Part shown: one piece after another, positions 12,775 through 27,160 of the stretch
How the letters are laid out: every line of letters starts with the position of its first letter
How positions within the stretch are numbered: position 1 is the stretch's first letter
NCBI RefSeq assembly: GCF_009914755.1
Contig: NC_060929.1
Source of the DNA: the human T2T-CHM13v2.0 reference genome, Homo sapiens
Reading direction: 5' to 3' (one strand)
Length of the DNA stretch: 64,000 nt
Notes under the pieces: generated by a model
Databases searched by the model: none
Told to the model about the DNA's origin: nothing
Seen by the model: the letters and a program-made list of their open reading frames with translations, nothing else
Program-made: the position numbers and the translations under genes

Positions 12775-12968
12775 AGTCATCTGCTATCTGTGTAACTATG
12801 AGCAAGCTGCTTAACCTCTTTGTGCCTTGGTTTTCTTATTTGTAAAATGGTAATAGATATTACCTGTGTCATAAAGTCGTTACATGGATTGAATGCATTA
12901 AGGTGTGTCTAACACTTAACTCAGTACCTGGTTGTACAAAGTGCTAAATGACCATTTATCTAATTATT
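12775..12968 (+). mobile_element. MIR
   Basis: ctgtgtaactatgagcaagctgcttaacctctttgtgccttggttttcttatttgtaaaatgg (MIR core). Confidence 0.85.
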
Positions 12969-14439
12969 GCTAATGGAACCTAATAATAGAATAATGATAG
13001 AGAGCCATATGCTTCATTGCCAAGTTTCAAAATGCTAAACAAAAATGAATTGTGAATTATTTTGAATGTGCAACAGCACAAGGGCTGGTGTTTTGCTTCT
13101 TCTGTAAAAAACAGACTTAAAGAATATCTTTAACATACCAAAGGACTGTTGGGTCATTCTTCAGAAGACTACTGGCATAAAAGAGATTGTCCTAAGAATC
13201 CCAGGAATAATAATGAGTCTCTTATTTTTATTGGAAAAGGAGACAACAACAGCCATGGAACTGGTTATTTTATGTATCTTCTGTAACTTTCATTTCTCTC
13301 ATAATAGACATGGTGCTTTTAAAAATCCAATGTGAATGCTCTAAATCATATGATCATTATTAAATATTATTTTAAAATTAATATGTCATGGTGAGTGTAT
13401 TTCTGAGCCATCACATTCATAAACATTTAGAATATAACCTCACCCTTTTGCTTAGAGAATACCTTATGCAAAATGATTTTGAAGGACATTTTGTTTCCTA
13501 GTATGTGTTTTCAGCAGGTGGCTAATGGCTTTCGACCTGCTGTAGCAGTATACAGAACTGAATGTCAGGCAGAATATTTTTTAAAGCTGCATTTCCATTT
13601 TGCATAATGAAGCACAATAATTTTTCTGAGAGTGCCTTGAATATTTTTCCAAAGAATTATTGATAGAGATATGTCATTTTGGTAGGAAAGAGAAGAGAAA
13701 ATTGGCAATGTTCCAGCATTTAGGTTTTAAGAATATTTAAGTATAATCAGATTGCTAAATACAAACATTTTTTTAAAATAGTATCAGGTCAAATGTATTT
13801 ACATGTTAGAAGCCATATAAAGTACATGGTATTAGCCTTCCACCTTTCCTGTATGCTTAGGCCATTGTTCCTACTACTACTACTACTAATAATAACACAC
13901 TTCAACCTACTCACTTTTCTCTTTAGTAATTTCCATTTTCTCTTGAAATTCATACAGTATATTCTATGGCCTATTTTTATACAACTTTAAGAATTATACA
14001 TACTAAAGAATAATTTTCAAATTTTGTGTGAAAATAGACAATGGCATATACTATATATAATGACAGAGATTGCTTAGGGCCCCAGGATTAACAGTTTCAG
14101 ATCATTGTCAATGTTAGCTTCAAGTTAAGTATTGGCACAAGTATTTTTATAGAACCATAGTCTTTGTCAGTGTGTATCACACTGAATAACACTCAAATTT
14201 GAACTCAGTGGAATTTTTGAGATAAAGATGTGCATTGCAGCCAGATCAGTGCCCAAAGTACCTCGTGGTATGGGTGATGGGAGACAATCACAATGTAAAG
14301 AGTTCTGTTTCTCGTACTGTATATATTAGAGCTGGCATTTTGCCACTGGACTATATGATGAGGGAGGAATATTGTTTGTGAGCTTTGCATTTAAAGCATA
14401 ATTTCTGAAGCTGAGTTCTAATTTTATTTATTCCCTTAG

Positions 14440-14469
14440 GTAATTACTGGTTTTCAGCATGCGAAGGAG
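14440..14469 (+). other. Candidate 30-nt exon beginning with a regenerated GT (recursive-splice-site-like)
   Basis: ttctaat branchpoint, then ttttatttattcccttag|GTAATT...GAAGGAG|gtatat. Confidence 0.3.
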
Positions 14470-16009
14470 GTATATTATTGAATTTTTTGAATGGTTAAAC
14501 TTGTATAGTAGATGTCTTTTCTTTAAATTTAGGCACTAAAAATTCTCCCGCATCAAAGTAGCTTGTGATTCTCATTTGTGGCTAGAGAGTTAATCATCTT
14601 TCGATAATGCTTTGAAGTTAGCTTTACTTCTTTTTTTCTTCACCCAGCATGGGTTCATGAATAAAACTAACCACTGATAGGTATAGTGTATTATTGCTCT
14701 TGCCTATGGCTCTTGCTAATAAAAATTGCAAATCTGGTTAGTTTGCTGGAATCAATTCAATGTAGTATAGGAATACATTTTTTTCTGTTATAAAGCCCTC
14801 TCACAGAAAAAAGATAGGAAGGAAAGCATGGTGGGTGAAGGGAAAAGAAGGTAATTCTGGATTTAAAATATTTTAGCTTTTCTGTCTGTATCGTGTTTTG
14901 TCTATAACTTATGTGAGTTTTTACTTCTCACTGTCCTAGAATCTTTAAAATTAAAAATCTTATTGCTTAGGATGAAATTACTAAAAATTCCTGTAAATTA
15001 ATGTATATGAATCTGCTGTTGTGTGGATGAAGTAGCATAGCAACGTCAATAACTTCTTTTGAGAAAATGTGTGTGTTTGTTTTTAAAAGCAGCTAGGTAA
15101 GAAACCATCAACTGAAGAATAGGGTAGGTGATGCAACCATTGCTAAAATAACCTGGAATTCTGACAGTTTCTAAAATTATGTCAGCTTGCTTACAAGATT
15201 ACTTAATCACTAAATCACATCGGATTTGGCATTTTAACAAACAGGATGCTTTGCACTAACATCATCAAAAGAATAGTGCCTGGATGCTTGCTTCACAATG
15301 CAACGTGTATATTTAGAAACCAGAGAACATGCCAGACTGAGTGATGATTGTACAAGACATTCCATACTCCATCCAGATGTATCAGGCTCAGGTGGAAAGA
15401 CCCTTAAACTGTGGTTAGGGAGATACAAAAAAGGAGCTTATTTTTGCAAATTTTCATGCATAACACATTAGGTGGGAACATTGTCTCCAGAGTTGGATAC
15501 ACCCAATCAGTTTTAACTATTTCAAGGCTGGTCCCTTTGGGCAAATAAGTTATTCTATTTCAGCCACATATTTCTTAGCTATAGCGTAGGTATAGTAATG
15601 ATATCGAATTTATACTATTATTTTGAGAAAAGTGCCAAAATGAAACTGGTAATGAACAAAAACTGCCAGTTCCAGAGCCTTAGAAATCTTTATCATTTAT
15701 AATATTTTGCATATAAGGGAACACACTGTTATACAGGCTCCTACATGGCCTCAGACTCCGTCTCAACACACAACACCAGGAAGTCCCTACTATTTCACAG
15801 GTTGGCATTGAACATGAAATATATTTGCACTCCCTGAGCTAATTCAACTCTACCCGTCTTTTCTCTTCTTTCTATTTTGTTGACAGCCTCCCTAATGAAA
15901 ATATCAATTCACATACTTGCAAAGGTGAGGATGGAGAGATTGGTTATCCACAACAATGTTTGGGGACTGTGTTGAATGCTTTACAGAGATTTGTGTTAAG
16001 TAGGTGAAT

Positions 16010-16500
16010 CCCAAATTTACATTTCCAGTCGTATCCTCTACCACAAGCTCCATTCATGCATTCATTAATTACCTGGCTCCTTTATTTCATTGTCTAATGG
16101 GTATCTAAACTTATTGTACTCACTATTCACTGTCCTCCAGCCACACTGGGCTTCCTTATGTTCCTTAAACATTCTAAGCTAATTTCTGTCTTGGGACCTT
16201 TGTTCTTGCTGCTTTCTATGCCTAGAAGCTTCTATTCTTCGATTTTTATGCATCATGTTCCTTCCCCTTATTCAAATGTCATTTCTTCTGAGACTGAGGT
16301 TTCTCTCTGCCAACTGTATCTCAGTCATTCCCCCATCCAGTCAGTCTCTTATCCAGTCACTCTGTGGTATGGTTCTTCAGAGCCATTTTGCATGTATACG
16401 AAATTGTAATTTATTTCTTTAATTTTTCCTTGTTTTACCTCTCACTCTAAAATACAAGTTCTCTAAGAGCAGTGGCCTTGCCTGGCTCTTAGAAGTGCTC
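16010..16500 (+). mobile_element. L2 remnant
   Basis: tcccaaatttacatttccag...tgtctaatgggtatctaaactt...ccagccacactgg...tcaaatgtcatttcttctgag...ctaaaatacaagttctct. Confidence 0.75.
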
Positions 16501-16504
16501 TCAG

Positions 16505-16660
16505 CAACCTTTAGAAGTGTCATTCTTTTTTCCTTCATGTTATAGGTGACAAAAGTGAGGCCCAGGGAGGTTAAGTAGCTTGCCCAAGATCGCAGAGATT
16601 GGAAGTGGCAGAGCTGGGATTTAGGTCCCATGCTGTGCTCTAAAACACTGTGCAACATTG
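16505..16660 (-). mobile_element. MIR
   Basis: aaagtgaggcccagggaggttaagtagcttgcccaagatcgcag...gtggcagagctgggattt. Confidence 0.85.
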
Positions 16661-17672
16661 CTTCCTTTTTCACAAATGAAGGTCAGGGACATTAATGGGA
16701 GGGAGGGGGCTACGCTGAGTTCTTGGAACTCCCTTTGAGTCCCTGGGCTGGCAGTTATTGTTTGAGTCCCTGGTCTGGACATAGACAGACAAGAGCTGGT
16801 CCTGATCACTTTATACTCTATCACCCTGGGCTTATCTTCTCTTCCCTTTTCCTTTTAGACTTAGTGCCCAAGATATGTGTAATTAATATTTTACAGGAAT
16901 GCATGAAATCCCCTACTGCTTGGGAAAAAACAATGAAACATCAGATTTTAAAGAAACTCCCAAAGGGCTAGAATCCAGTTTTGAACCCAGATGGAATTTT
17001 CCACATGGCTTAGAAAATATATAAGTATATATATTTTATATACTTGCTGTTTTCTGAGCATTTCTTACTTGACAATGGTTACAACTGTAGCTTTCTTTTT
17101 GTGAGTTTGCATTAATAACATTGCTTTGGTTTTAACTTGCTTACTGTAACAAGTTATTATATTTAACTTAGTCCTTATCGACTGGAGGGTTCCACCTCAC
17201 CTCACCATGTGATACTGAAGCTGAGCTATTTATATTGTTTTAACTAGACATAGTATAAAATAAAACAGGTTTTCTTGTAATTTATATCATTAAAACATAT
17301 AAATTATCTTTCAGCTTTTAGGAAAAGAAAAAATCAGGGCATTCGATTCAAATGGGATAATTCACAGCCCGCAGATTATAGGGGAGTAATTATTGATGCT
17401 TTTTATTCTAGGACATTTGGTTTATGTGGGCTGCATTTGACCTTTTAGAAGCTATTGACATCATTTGGGAACTGCCAGTAAACCTGCCTTAATCAGTTAA
17501 ACAGAAGGAATCGTAGCACTGTGGAACTGACTGGCTGATTAATTTAAATCCAAACACAGTCCTGCCTGAATACCCTTTGTAAAACCCTTGCACAAAAAAA
17601 CCTTGCTTCCTTCAGAAGCGTTATAACCCACATCCTGCTGTCAGATCTTGTCGGCTCTGCTGGTCTTCTTAG

Positions 17673-18124
<452 letters not shown>

Positions 18125-18809
18125 TTAAACTCCACTAATTGAGAGACGAAAATGGGAACTTATCTTAAACTAGCTTCTTTAGAAAAAGTATATTAGAACT
18201 TAATCCAGCTCTTCCTTTGGGACTTATAATCAAAATTAGAATCATGAAATGTTGAAGTAAGTTTTTGGTATTAGAGTAAGCCATCATGTATAATTCCTTT
18301 GATTTTTAGATTCAAAACATTGAAGGCTTTATAATTTGTGTTTAGTTTGGGGAAAATATTAAAGTTAATCAACTCTTGGGTGAGTTCAGAGCTAGTATAA
18401 AGATGTAGTTCTGGACCTTTAAATGAAAGTGAAATTAAAATCCTTTAAGGATAAAACTTTGCATAGCTTCAGTCTATTACATAGACTGAGAAAAGGACCC
18501 ATACATGGGGCACTCTGCTGGGGTTGGTTGCAGAAGAGGGCAGATATTTATGCGGGAGAGGTCAAAGAATTGCCATAGAATACTTTCATAGCACATAGCA
18601 TGTTGTATTGGAGCAGACCAACATCCTTATTTTAAATATTAAAAAAACTGAGGCCCCACTTAATTACTCAAACTCTTAAGGGCCCTTACTTGGCCAGTTT
18701 CTATTTCTGTATCACCCAGTTACAACACTGTTCCAGAATACAGATGAAGCCTCTCAAAGAAGGTGGTGTCATCCGATTATCTGTAGTTTTGTTTATTATT
18801 ATTAATTAT

Positions 18810-18944
18810 GATAACTACCGTTTATGGAGTGTTTGTGATGTGCCAGTACTGTATGCATTATCTTTATCTTCATAACTACATATGAGGTAGTACTATTGTT
18901 CTTCCCTTTTTGAAAATGAGGAAGTGATGTTTAGGAAAGTCATG
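18810..18944 (-). mobile_element. MIR (target of the following Alu)
   Basis: tttatggagtgttt...atgtgccagtactg...tatgaggtagtactatt...aaatgaggaagtga. Confidence 0.7.
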
Positions 18945-19460
<516 letters not shown>

Positions 19461-19754
19461 TTAATTCTTTAGAAACAGTGGATTCACTGTGAGGGAATGG
19501 GAGCACACCTGCTCTCTGGCTGTGATGAGAAGCAGTAGAGGTCCAGGTGAGGAGCAGATTGGGGCATCAGGGACTCTAGAAGCCATGTGACACAGGAGGA
19601 ACCATGGAATCATTTTGAGCCTCTGTTTTGTTTTGTTTTTCATTTCTAAAAGTGAAATTTTGATTTCTACCTTTCCCTACCACACTGGGTTCTTTAAAAG
19701 ATTGAAAAAATTGAATTTTAAGCACCTTAGAAAAATAGGATATAATAAATTTTG

Positions 19755-20490
19755 TATTTATTTATTGAATAAGTATTTATTGAGGGAATGCCAAATGCAA
19801 GGCACGGTGCTATGTATAGAATAAGAGGTGAATATTGACTTTGTGTCTACCTTTCAGAAGATTAAAGAGAGTAGGAAAATAAGCAACTTGATAAATAACT
19901 ATGCAAAAGTATGTTTTAAGTGCAGTTCTCAAGGTTAAGAACACCGAAAATTCTGAGAGGGAGCTGACTTCTGATGATGGGTCTTGAAGAACTGATAGGG
20001 TTTGGAATGGTAGGGAGGAGAAACAGGAGAAGTGTGAGGGTTGCAGGGGGGGATGGGGAGATAGATGTGGAATTCCAGGAGGAAGAAACAGTAAGAGCAC
20101 AGGCCTGGAGGAGGGAAAGTATGGGGACATATTTGTGCATCAGATTGTCTAATTAGTTGTTGCTTAAAGTATCAGGAGGTCTCTCTGGTAAAGATGGGCT
20201 TACGCTGAAACGGTGAAATGTGCACTTGATTTAGCAGCTCACGGGGGAGCCTTTTAGAGTTTTGGAGTTTGGTGGTAACCTGGTCAAGGCAGTGTTTTAT
20301 AAAGATGCATCAAGGACAAAGTGATATATAGAATTATTAAAGGGGCGAGACACTGGAGTCAGGGAAGCCAGAACATTATAAGATGCCTGATAAAGAAGAC
20401 CTAAGCTAGAGGGGCAGTAGTGGGAATGGAACAGGAAGAGAAGGATCAGGGAAATTTGGTTGCTAACTGGATTTAAGGGTGATGGGGAGT
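19755..20490 (-). mobile_element. L2 remnant
   Basis: ttgaataagtatttattgaggg...aaggcacggtgcta...gggtcttgaagaa...cactggagtcagggaagcca...tttggttgctaactggat. Confidence 0.75.
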
Positions 20491-21073
20491 TACAACCCTT
20501 TTGTCATTAGAAGTTCTTGGACTACTTTTTCATTAAGTCAGTATGAATTAGTTTTAATTAACATATTGAAATCCAAATGCTCATAATAAAGTCCCACATC
20601 CCACTGTCACTTTTCAGTCCTTGGAACATCTTAACTGGATTTAGAAAAAGTGTTCTATCAAGATCAGAGGAACCATGACTGTTGCTCATCTGGACTAGGA
20701 GGAAGCTCAACCTAGATTATGAGGCTAAGCTGTATCAGGATTAGGGGTGTTTTGCCTTATCCTCAGAAAAGTGACTTAGAGGAACCAGAAGAATGGCCGC
20801 TGTAGCTGACAGTCAGGGCTTTAGAAATCCTGGCCAAATTTCCTCTCTCAGGTGGGACTTTAACCCTCATTTGCTTCTGAATTGGCACTTGCCATGATGA
20901 ATTCACTTAGTTTAAGAAAGAAGTTAGTTTCAGGGTCTTGCTCAACTCTAAACATCAATTTAAGGTGGCTGACTGGGAGAGAGATGAGATTTATAATACT
21001 TTTGAAAACTGATAGAGTTATTTCTTTAGGAAATAGTGCTGGTTTGTCTGTTTCTTATGAAAGGGAATTTTCC

Positions 21074-21376
21074 TTTTTTTTTTTTTTTTTTTTTTTTGAG
21101 ACGGAGCCTCTCTCTGTTGGCCAGGCTGGAGTGCAGTAGTGTGATCTCAGCTCACTGCAACCTCCGCCTCCTGGGTTCAAGCAGTTCTCCTGCCTCAACC
21201 TCCTGAGTAGCTGGGACTACAAGCACGTGCTACCACCCTGGCTAATTTTTGTATTTTTAGTAGAGATGGGCTTTCACCATATTGGCCAGGCTGGTCTTGA
21301 ACTCCTGACCTCATGATCTGCTCGCCTCAGCCTCCCAATGTGCTGTGATTATAGGCATGAGCCACTGCACCTGGCC
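21074..21376 (-). mobile_element. AluS (Sg-like)
   Basis: Poly-T plus full antisense dimer; ggccaggctggtcttgaactcctgacctcatgatc. Confidence 0.95.
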
Positions 21377-22570
21377 CCTCATCTTCCCTTCTAACTACTG
21401 TTTTCTTTCAGTTTGAGAATTTACACTATTGTTTGGATGTCTTTGAAGTCTTAGGATCCTCTTGGGAAAGAAGTGTTTTTTTCTGAATAAAAGAAGGTGT
21501 ACTGTTATCCAGCAAGAACATGTCAGAGCTCGATGGGGCCAGTGTTGCTATTGGGTAGGTTTTGCCCCTGCTCCAGGTCCGTTTCTAACCTCTGGACCTC
21601 ATGCTTCTGTGGGTGTGTACTTCACAAGGTCTGTCTCTTGCTGTCCTTGAGAATCAAAGGAAGAGGTAATTTTGTTGGAAGTTATCAATTCAAGAAATAG
21701 TTTATGATCTCTAATAAGGTGGTGAGATCACGCTGACCAAAATATTTAGTGAAGTCGTGGAAGGAAATAGAACACTAACTAGTACAAGACACTGTGACAG
21801 TGTTGCAAATTAAGAGGAAAATAAAAACTAAATGAGGCCTGGAATTAGGGAATGGAGGTTGGATAAATTAGGCCTCTTTTCTCTAATGCAAGCCTCTCTA
21901 ACAGGCCACATAATCTGGCCATGTGGGGCCATTTTTCTCACTCACACTTGATTTTTGTTTCTGCTGGTGGTCTTCCATATTTCCTTCAGCCATTCATAGT
22001 GTTAGAGACCTCTTGGTTTGGTCTTATTTTCGGATGTGCTCTTTTTGAAATGGTACCTTTTTAAAAAAACATCTAACAAAGCAGCTTTACTGTTGGACTG
22101 TTCTTTATGATTGTTACATCTCTGGAAAAGTCGAAACAAGTGCTCCCTTTTTGTGTGTGTATTGCCTAGATAACCTTTATTTGCTTTTTCCACCCTAATT
22201 CTGTTTAGACAGGTGGGTCATCTCCTCTTAAGAGTTGTTTGAAACAACCTTAAAATAGTCTGGCTAGCCTGTTAGGACCTAGACCACTGAAGCTGTCATT
22301 GGCCTTCTCTGAGGGCAGGTAAGCCAGGATTGCAAGCCCAGAACAGAGTTCGATGAATTTCCATTGTTTGAATTACAATAGTAACTCATATTCATAGTTA
22401 AAGACCTTTTAAAAGCATATAATATGAACATTGGAAGACTCTCCTTCAAACCTAGTCTGCAATTGACACTGCTAGAAGCAACACTTCTGGCCAAATGTCC
22501 TGGGTGTGTATCTTCTGGACATTTTTCAGTGCATATTCAGATGAATACATGTATTTATTTTAAAATTTGA

Positions 22571-22616
22571 ATATATGTGTGATATATACATATATATACA
22601 CACATACACACACACA
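22571..22616. repeat. Mixed (TA)/(TG)/(CA) microsatellite
   Basis: atatatgtgtgatatatacatatatatacacacatacacacacaca. Confidence 0.8.
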
Positions 22617-24210
22617 GAGTTTTGTACTGTTAATTTATAGTAAACTGCATTTTTGCTTCTCAAACTCAGGATCTCAGAAGAACAAATGAAAGAATAGGAG
22701 TAATTCCATTTTGTTGGAAAGCTTTTGTACTTTACCTGAATCTAGAAAATCTGAATTACTGTATGTTTTTGTGAGGGCTGACTTTACTGTTTTGCTTTCA
22801 GAATTTTTTCTAATCTATATGGGAATGAAAAGCCCAACTTATCAATTAAGTTAAAATTTTCTACATATTCCAGATTGTAAATTGGTGCTATTGTAATCCA
22901 TTTTACTATTTTTGTAAGCAGTATTATTGTTATACGTTTGCGCACTATTTACTCACAAGGGAAACATTAAAAGGTAGGCTTAGCTTCATCTAAATTGAAA
23001 TAGAGATAATAATAGTTTCTTTGAACTAGCTGAGATCTAAATATACAGTACGGAATGACAACCTTCATTTTTGATTGTGATATGAATATCTTAAGATCTG
23101 GTAAGTTACTTGCTTATCTTTACAATTACAGTATTTGCAATAGCAAAATTAGACCTCAGTATTGTTTAAAAACATGTCAATGTAATATTCATGGAGAAGA
23201 AAACAATAGCTTTCTTAGTACAGATGATAAATTATATACTTATTAAAGTGTTGCATCTGATCAAATAAGTGTAGTATTTCATTATAGACTTGGTTTGATG
23301 TTGAAACATTGTTATTTTAAGCAATTACTTTAAACTGGATATTTTAAAGAGAGGCTGTATTCCTCTGAATGTGGGTCACAGAGGCAGAGAAGGACAAATA
23401 GTTTAAAGGGAGATTTAAATTATGTGTAGTTTGGAGGATTGTTAGAAGTAGAAGTAATTCTGCCTGTGATGGAAGAGACTTAACCAGAAAACTGTGGCAG
23501 TAGTCAACAGATACCTTCTGATTTTGTCTGGGTGTCATAATTAGGCAATTCGCTGGAGGTGTTTTCTGGATAAGTGATGTATTGGCAAGGATTTAGGAGA
23601 TAAATAGACTGGGCAGCTGCCACCTCATGGAGAAGTAAATAGAGTCAGTTTTCATTGTTTTCAGTAAGCTGACCTCCAAAGGCATAGATGTGAGCTTTCT
23701 TTTGAAAGGAAATGAAGTATTCACCGTTAAGGATAAGGATGTTTGTAATGTGACAGTGTTAATGCTAGCTAAATGAGAAAGCCATATATGAATACTTAGA
23801 CTGTTGCTACCTGGGAGCATTATTTATTGACCTGTGCCTTCGTCAGAGCTTCAGATGTGAGGGGAATGATGCTAATAGAATCATGTAAAGATGTTTGTCA
23901 TTAAAAAGTCACATCGCAATTAGTAGATTCAGAATTCATCGAGTCCTCTTGCTCTGTGTCACACCCGCTGCCTCTGTGACAACCTTCATTTCCTACTTAG
24001 CAAATCCAAGCCTGGTAGCTGGAGCCCCAGGAAGTTGTTAAAGCAATTAAAGGCTTCTGTCTCCCAGCACATTGCTTGGTTACCATAGTATCCTCTGCCT
24101 CCAAGTCTCTCCTGATGATGTCAGTATGCATACAGGGGTTGTTCAGATCATCTACGTGGGGATGATTCACCCCACAATAAAGCCCCTCTCTCTCGTTGCT
24201 CGCTTTCCAG

Positions 24211-24240
24211 TGTGATTTCAGACATCTGTAGCAATGGAAG
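24211..24240 (+). other. Candidate 30-nt microexon, or 3' end of an ATG-containing alternative exon
   Basis: cccctctctctcgttgctcgctttccag|TGTGATTTCAGACATCTGTAGCAATGGAAG|gtaagt. Perfect donor consensus and strong pyrimidine tract with UGC. Confidence 0.5.
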
Positions 24241-25244
24241 GTAAGTGCCTTGTTTTGCATATTGAAGAATTACTAAATGCTTCTATTATTCTGTTTCAGG
24301 TTTCTTGCTTTCTAAGATATACTACTGACTGAAATCATAGTGAATGGGAGCATCCAGTCAATTACTTAGAACAGATTTGTAGTTTGTACTTAAAGTGTGT
24401 GTGTGTATGTGCATAGGTGTGTGTGGGCAGGCACATGTGGGGTAGGCTTATAAAGAAAACTGAATGCACAGTGTAACGCCTGCTACTCTCCCTGGTAAAC
24501 AGCAATAGCTTTTTATTTCAAACTATTCGAAATATGTAACTTCCTTAAAATATTTTGACAAGTGTCACAGGGCAAGTAGGGCTAATTTTTAAAAAGTGTG
24601 TAAGTATATTGTATTGGCATTTGATATGTTTTACCCAGTTTAAATGATATTAACATTTGAAATATCTAAGATGGTATGGGAAGATACTAGAAAGAAGAAC
24701 CATGCTGAGAATTTGCATGTTATAGAAATTAAAATATGTAGGACAAAGATTTAGTTGGTGAAGGGGAGATGTATGAAGTTCAAAGTACAGTGATAATCAT
24801 CATTCCATAGTTATGCCACACTTTTATAGCTTTTCAATATCTCACACAATTTGATTGTAAAAATAATGCTTCTATTATTGTGATGAATGCAATTAGTGCT
24901 TCATGAAAGTTTTCCTTGAATATGTATCCATCCTTCTTAAGGATAATCCAGCTATGTTCAGCTTTACAGAAAGAATATAGTAGAACCACTTATAACATTC
25001 AGACAGAACAGTGATACGTGAATATTTTCCTTGAGAAGTTAGTGCTGTTTCAGTTTTTCTCTGACGGTATGCCTTATCAATAAACAATAAATAATGAGAC
25101 ACATGACCGGTTCCTCTCTATCAGCCTCCTTCTGAATCTCTTCATTCTGAGAGTTCTGCCCATAAAGTTAGTCTTGCATTTATTTCTTCTTCTTGATTCC
25201 CAAGGAATGATTCAGTAGTACATTCTGTGAAGAATGTAATACTT

Positions 25245-25400
25245 GGCCAGGCACAGTGGCTCACGCCTCTAATCCCAGCACTTCAAGAGGCGGAGGTGAG
25301 AGGATTGCTTGAGCCCAGGAGACCAGCCTGAGCAATAAAGCAAGCAAGACCTGTCTCTACCAAAAAAAAAAAAAAAAAAAGAAAACAAAAAACAAAAAAA
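25245..25400 (+). mobile_element. Alu left monomer (FLAM_C/AluJ-like)
   Basis: ggccaggcacagtggctcacgcc...aggattgcttgagcccaggag...tgtctctacc plus A tail; no right arm. Confidence 0.9.
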
Positions 25401-26557
25401 CCCTTAAATTTAATGGAAGTGGTAGATAACAGCAGTTTCTAATTAATTAATAGATAGCTTTGCAGAGAAAAAGAACAAGAGTAGAGTGGATGGACTGGAG
25501 AAGGCTCCCATTTCTTTATATAGTTGAACGTTTATTCTGTGTGGAAGGTAGGCAGATGGCGTTGCTGACAGGTGGGTAAATGGTTTAGACTGTCCCTCCC
25601 TAGAGAAATGTCTAAAATTTGCATTTTGTTTCTTGTATTTTTGAAGCCTTTTTAAATATACCCTTCTGTCTAACTTGCTTTATTTCTGCATGAGATGATT
25701 CGCCTTTCTACAAAGAATCAGTGAGAAGTACAACTGTGAGAGAGGGTGAAACATTGCTTAAAAATTTAAATTTAATTGCTTTTAAGTGAAGGATATGTCT
25801 TATCTTAAATATCGTAATGCTTAGTCTTTGAATTTCTTTCTGCCCTGAAAATAGTCTAAATGCTTTGACTTCATTTCTTCACTATTTTGAATACTTAATC
25901 CTGTTTGTGTTTGAAAATTTACTTGTTCATTGCTATCAGAAAATAGTTCCTAAGAAGTAGGAAAAATTATGATACTACCTAATTTAGATTATAATAGGTT
26001 AAATATTGAAGAAAGTAAGTCAATATAAACTGTTTCTATACTGTTTAAAACCTTTTCATTAAAACACTCACCTAATACTTATGTTGGAAACAAGAATAAT
26101 ATAGTCTAAGCTAAATTATATTAGGTTTTTGTTCTTTGCCATGTTAATGTGTGGGGTGACATAATTTAATTTCTTCAATAACTAGCTCTTTGTAGTAATA
26201 ATTACGAAATATTTCTGCCATTTTGAACCCTTAAAATATCCACGAAAATACACTTTTGCTGACTTGATTGATATGAGCAGCACTATAAAGAGTGTACTAT
26301 AAAGATTACAGTTTCCTTCATGCTTGAATCAGGGAGTAGTTCCAAGTAGTTTTAGGCAGTGATTTTTAAAATTGGTTTAGGAAAGTTTTTACTTTATTTT
26401 TATGCTCTAATAAGGATGTTTTAAATTTTACAGATACTTAAACTTGTTTTTGCTGAAATATGGAAATGTCAGGTCTGTAGACTTTTCCAGCATGAGATAA
26501 ATGAAATATGGCAGAAAAAGGATCACCTTGTCTCTCACTAGAAAGATAAGAAGTTAA

Positions 26558-26869
<312 letters not shown>

Positions 26870-27160
26870 CTATCCAAAAGAATTAGAAAAAGTTCTGTGG
26901 GGAACATGGACTTGGAAATAAACATTTTGTCCAGTGGTAGGAGAAGCTTGGGTTGTGAGGGACTGGTTAAGTGCTTTACTCAGTTTTCTGTGTTCACTCA
27001 GTGGCAGAGCGAGGGCTGATTGGAACTGGTGCCCACCCTTCTACAGGCCAGTTTTCATTTTCATGGCAGCATACTCTCTAGTTGGAGTTGAGCACTTTTT
27101 CCTAACCAACCTTTAAACTTATTTTCTCCCATTACAAGAGTGATGAAAGTAGCATAATAA

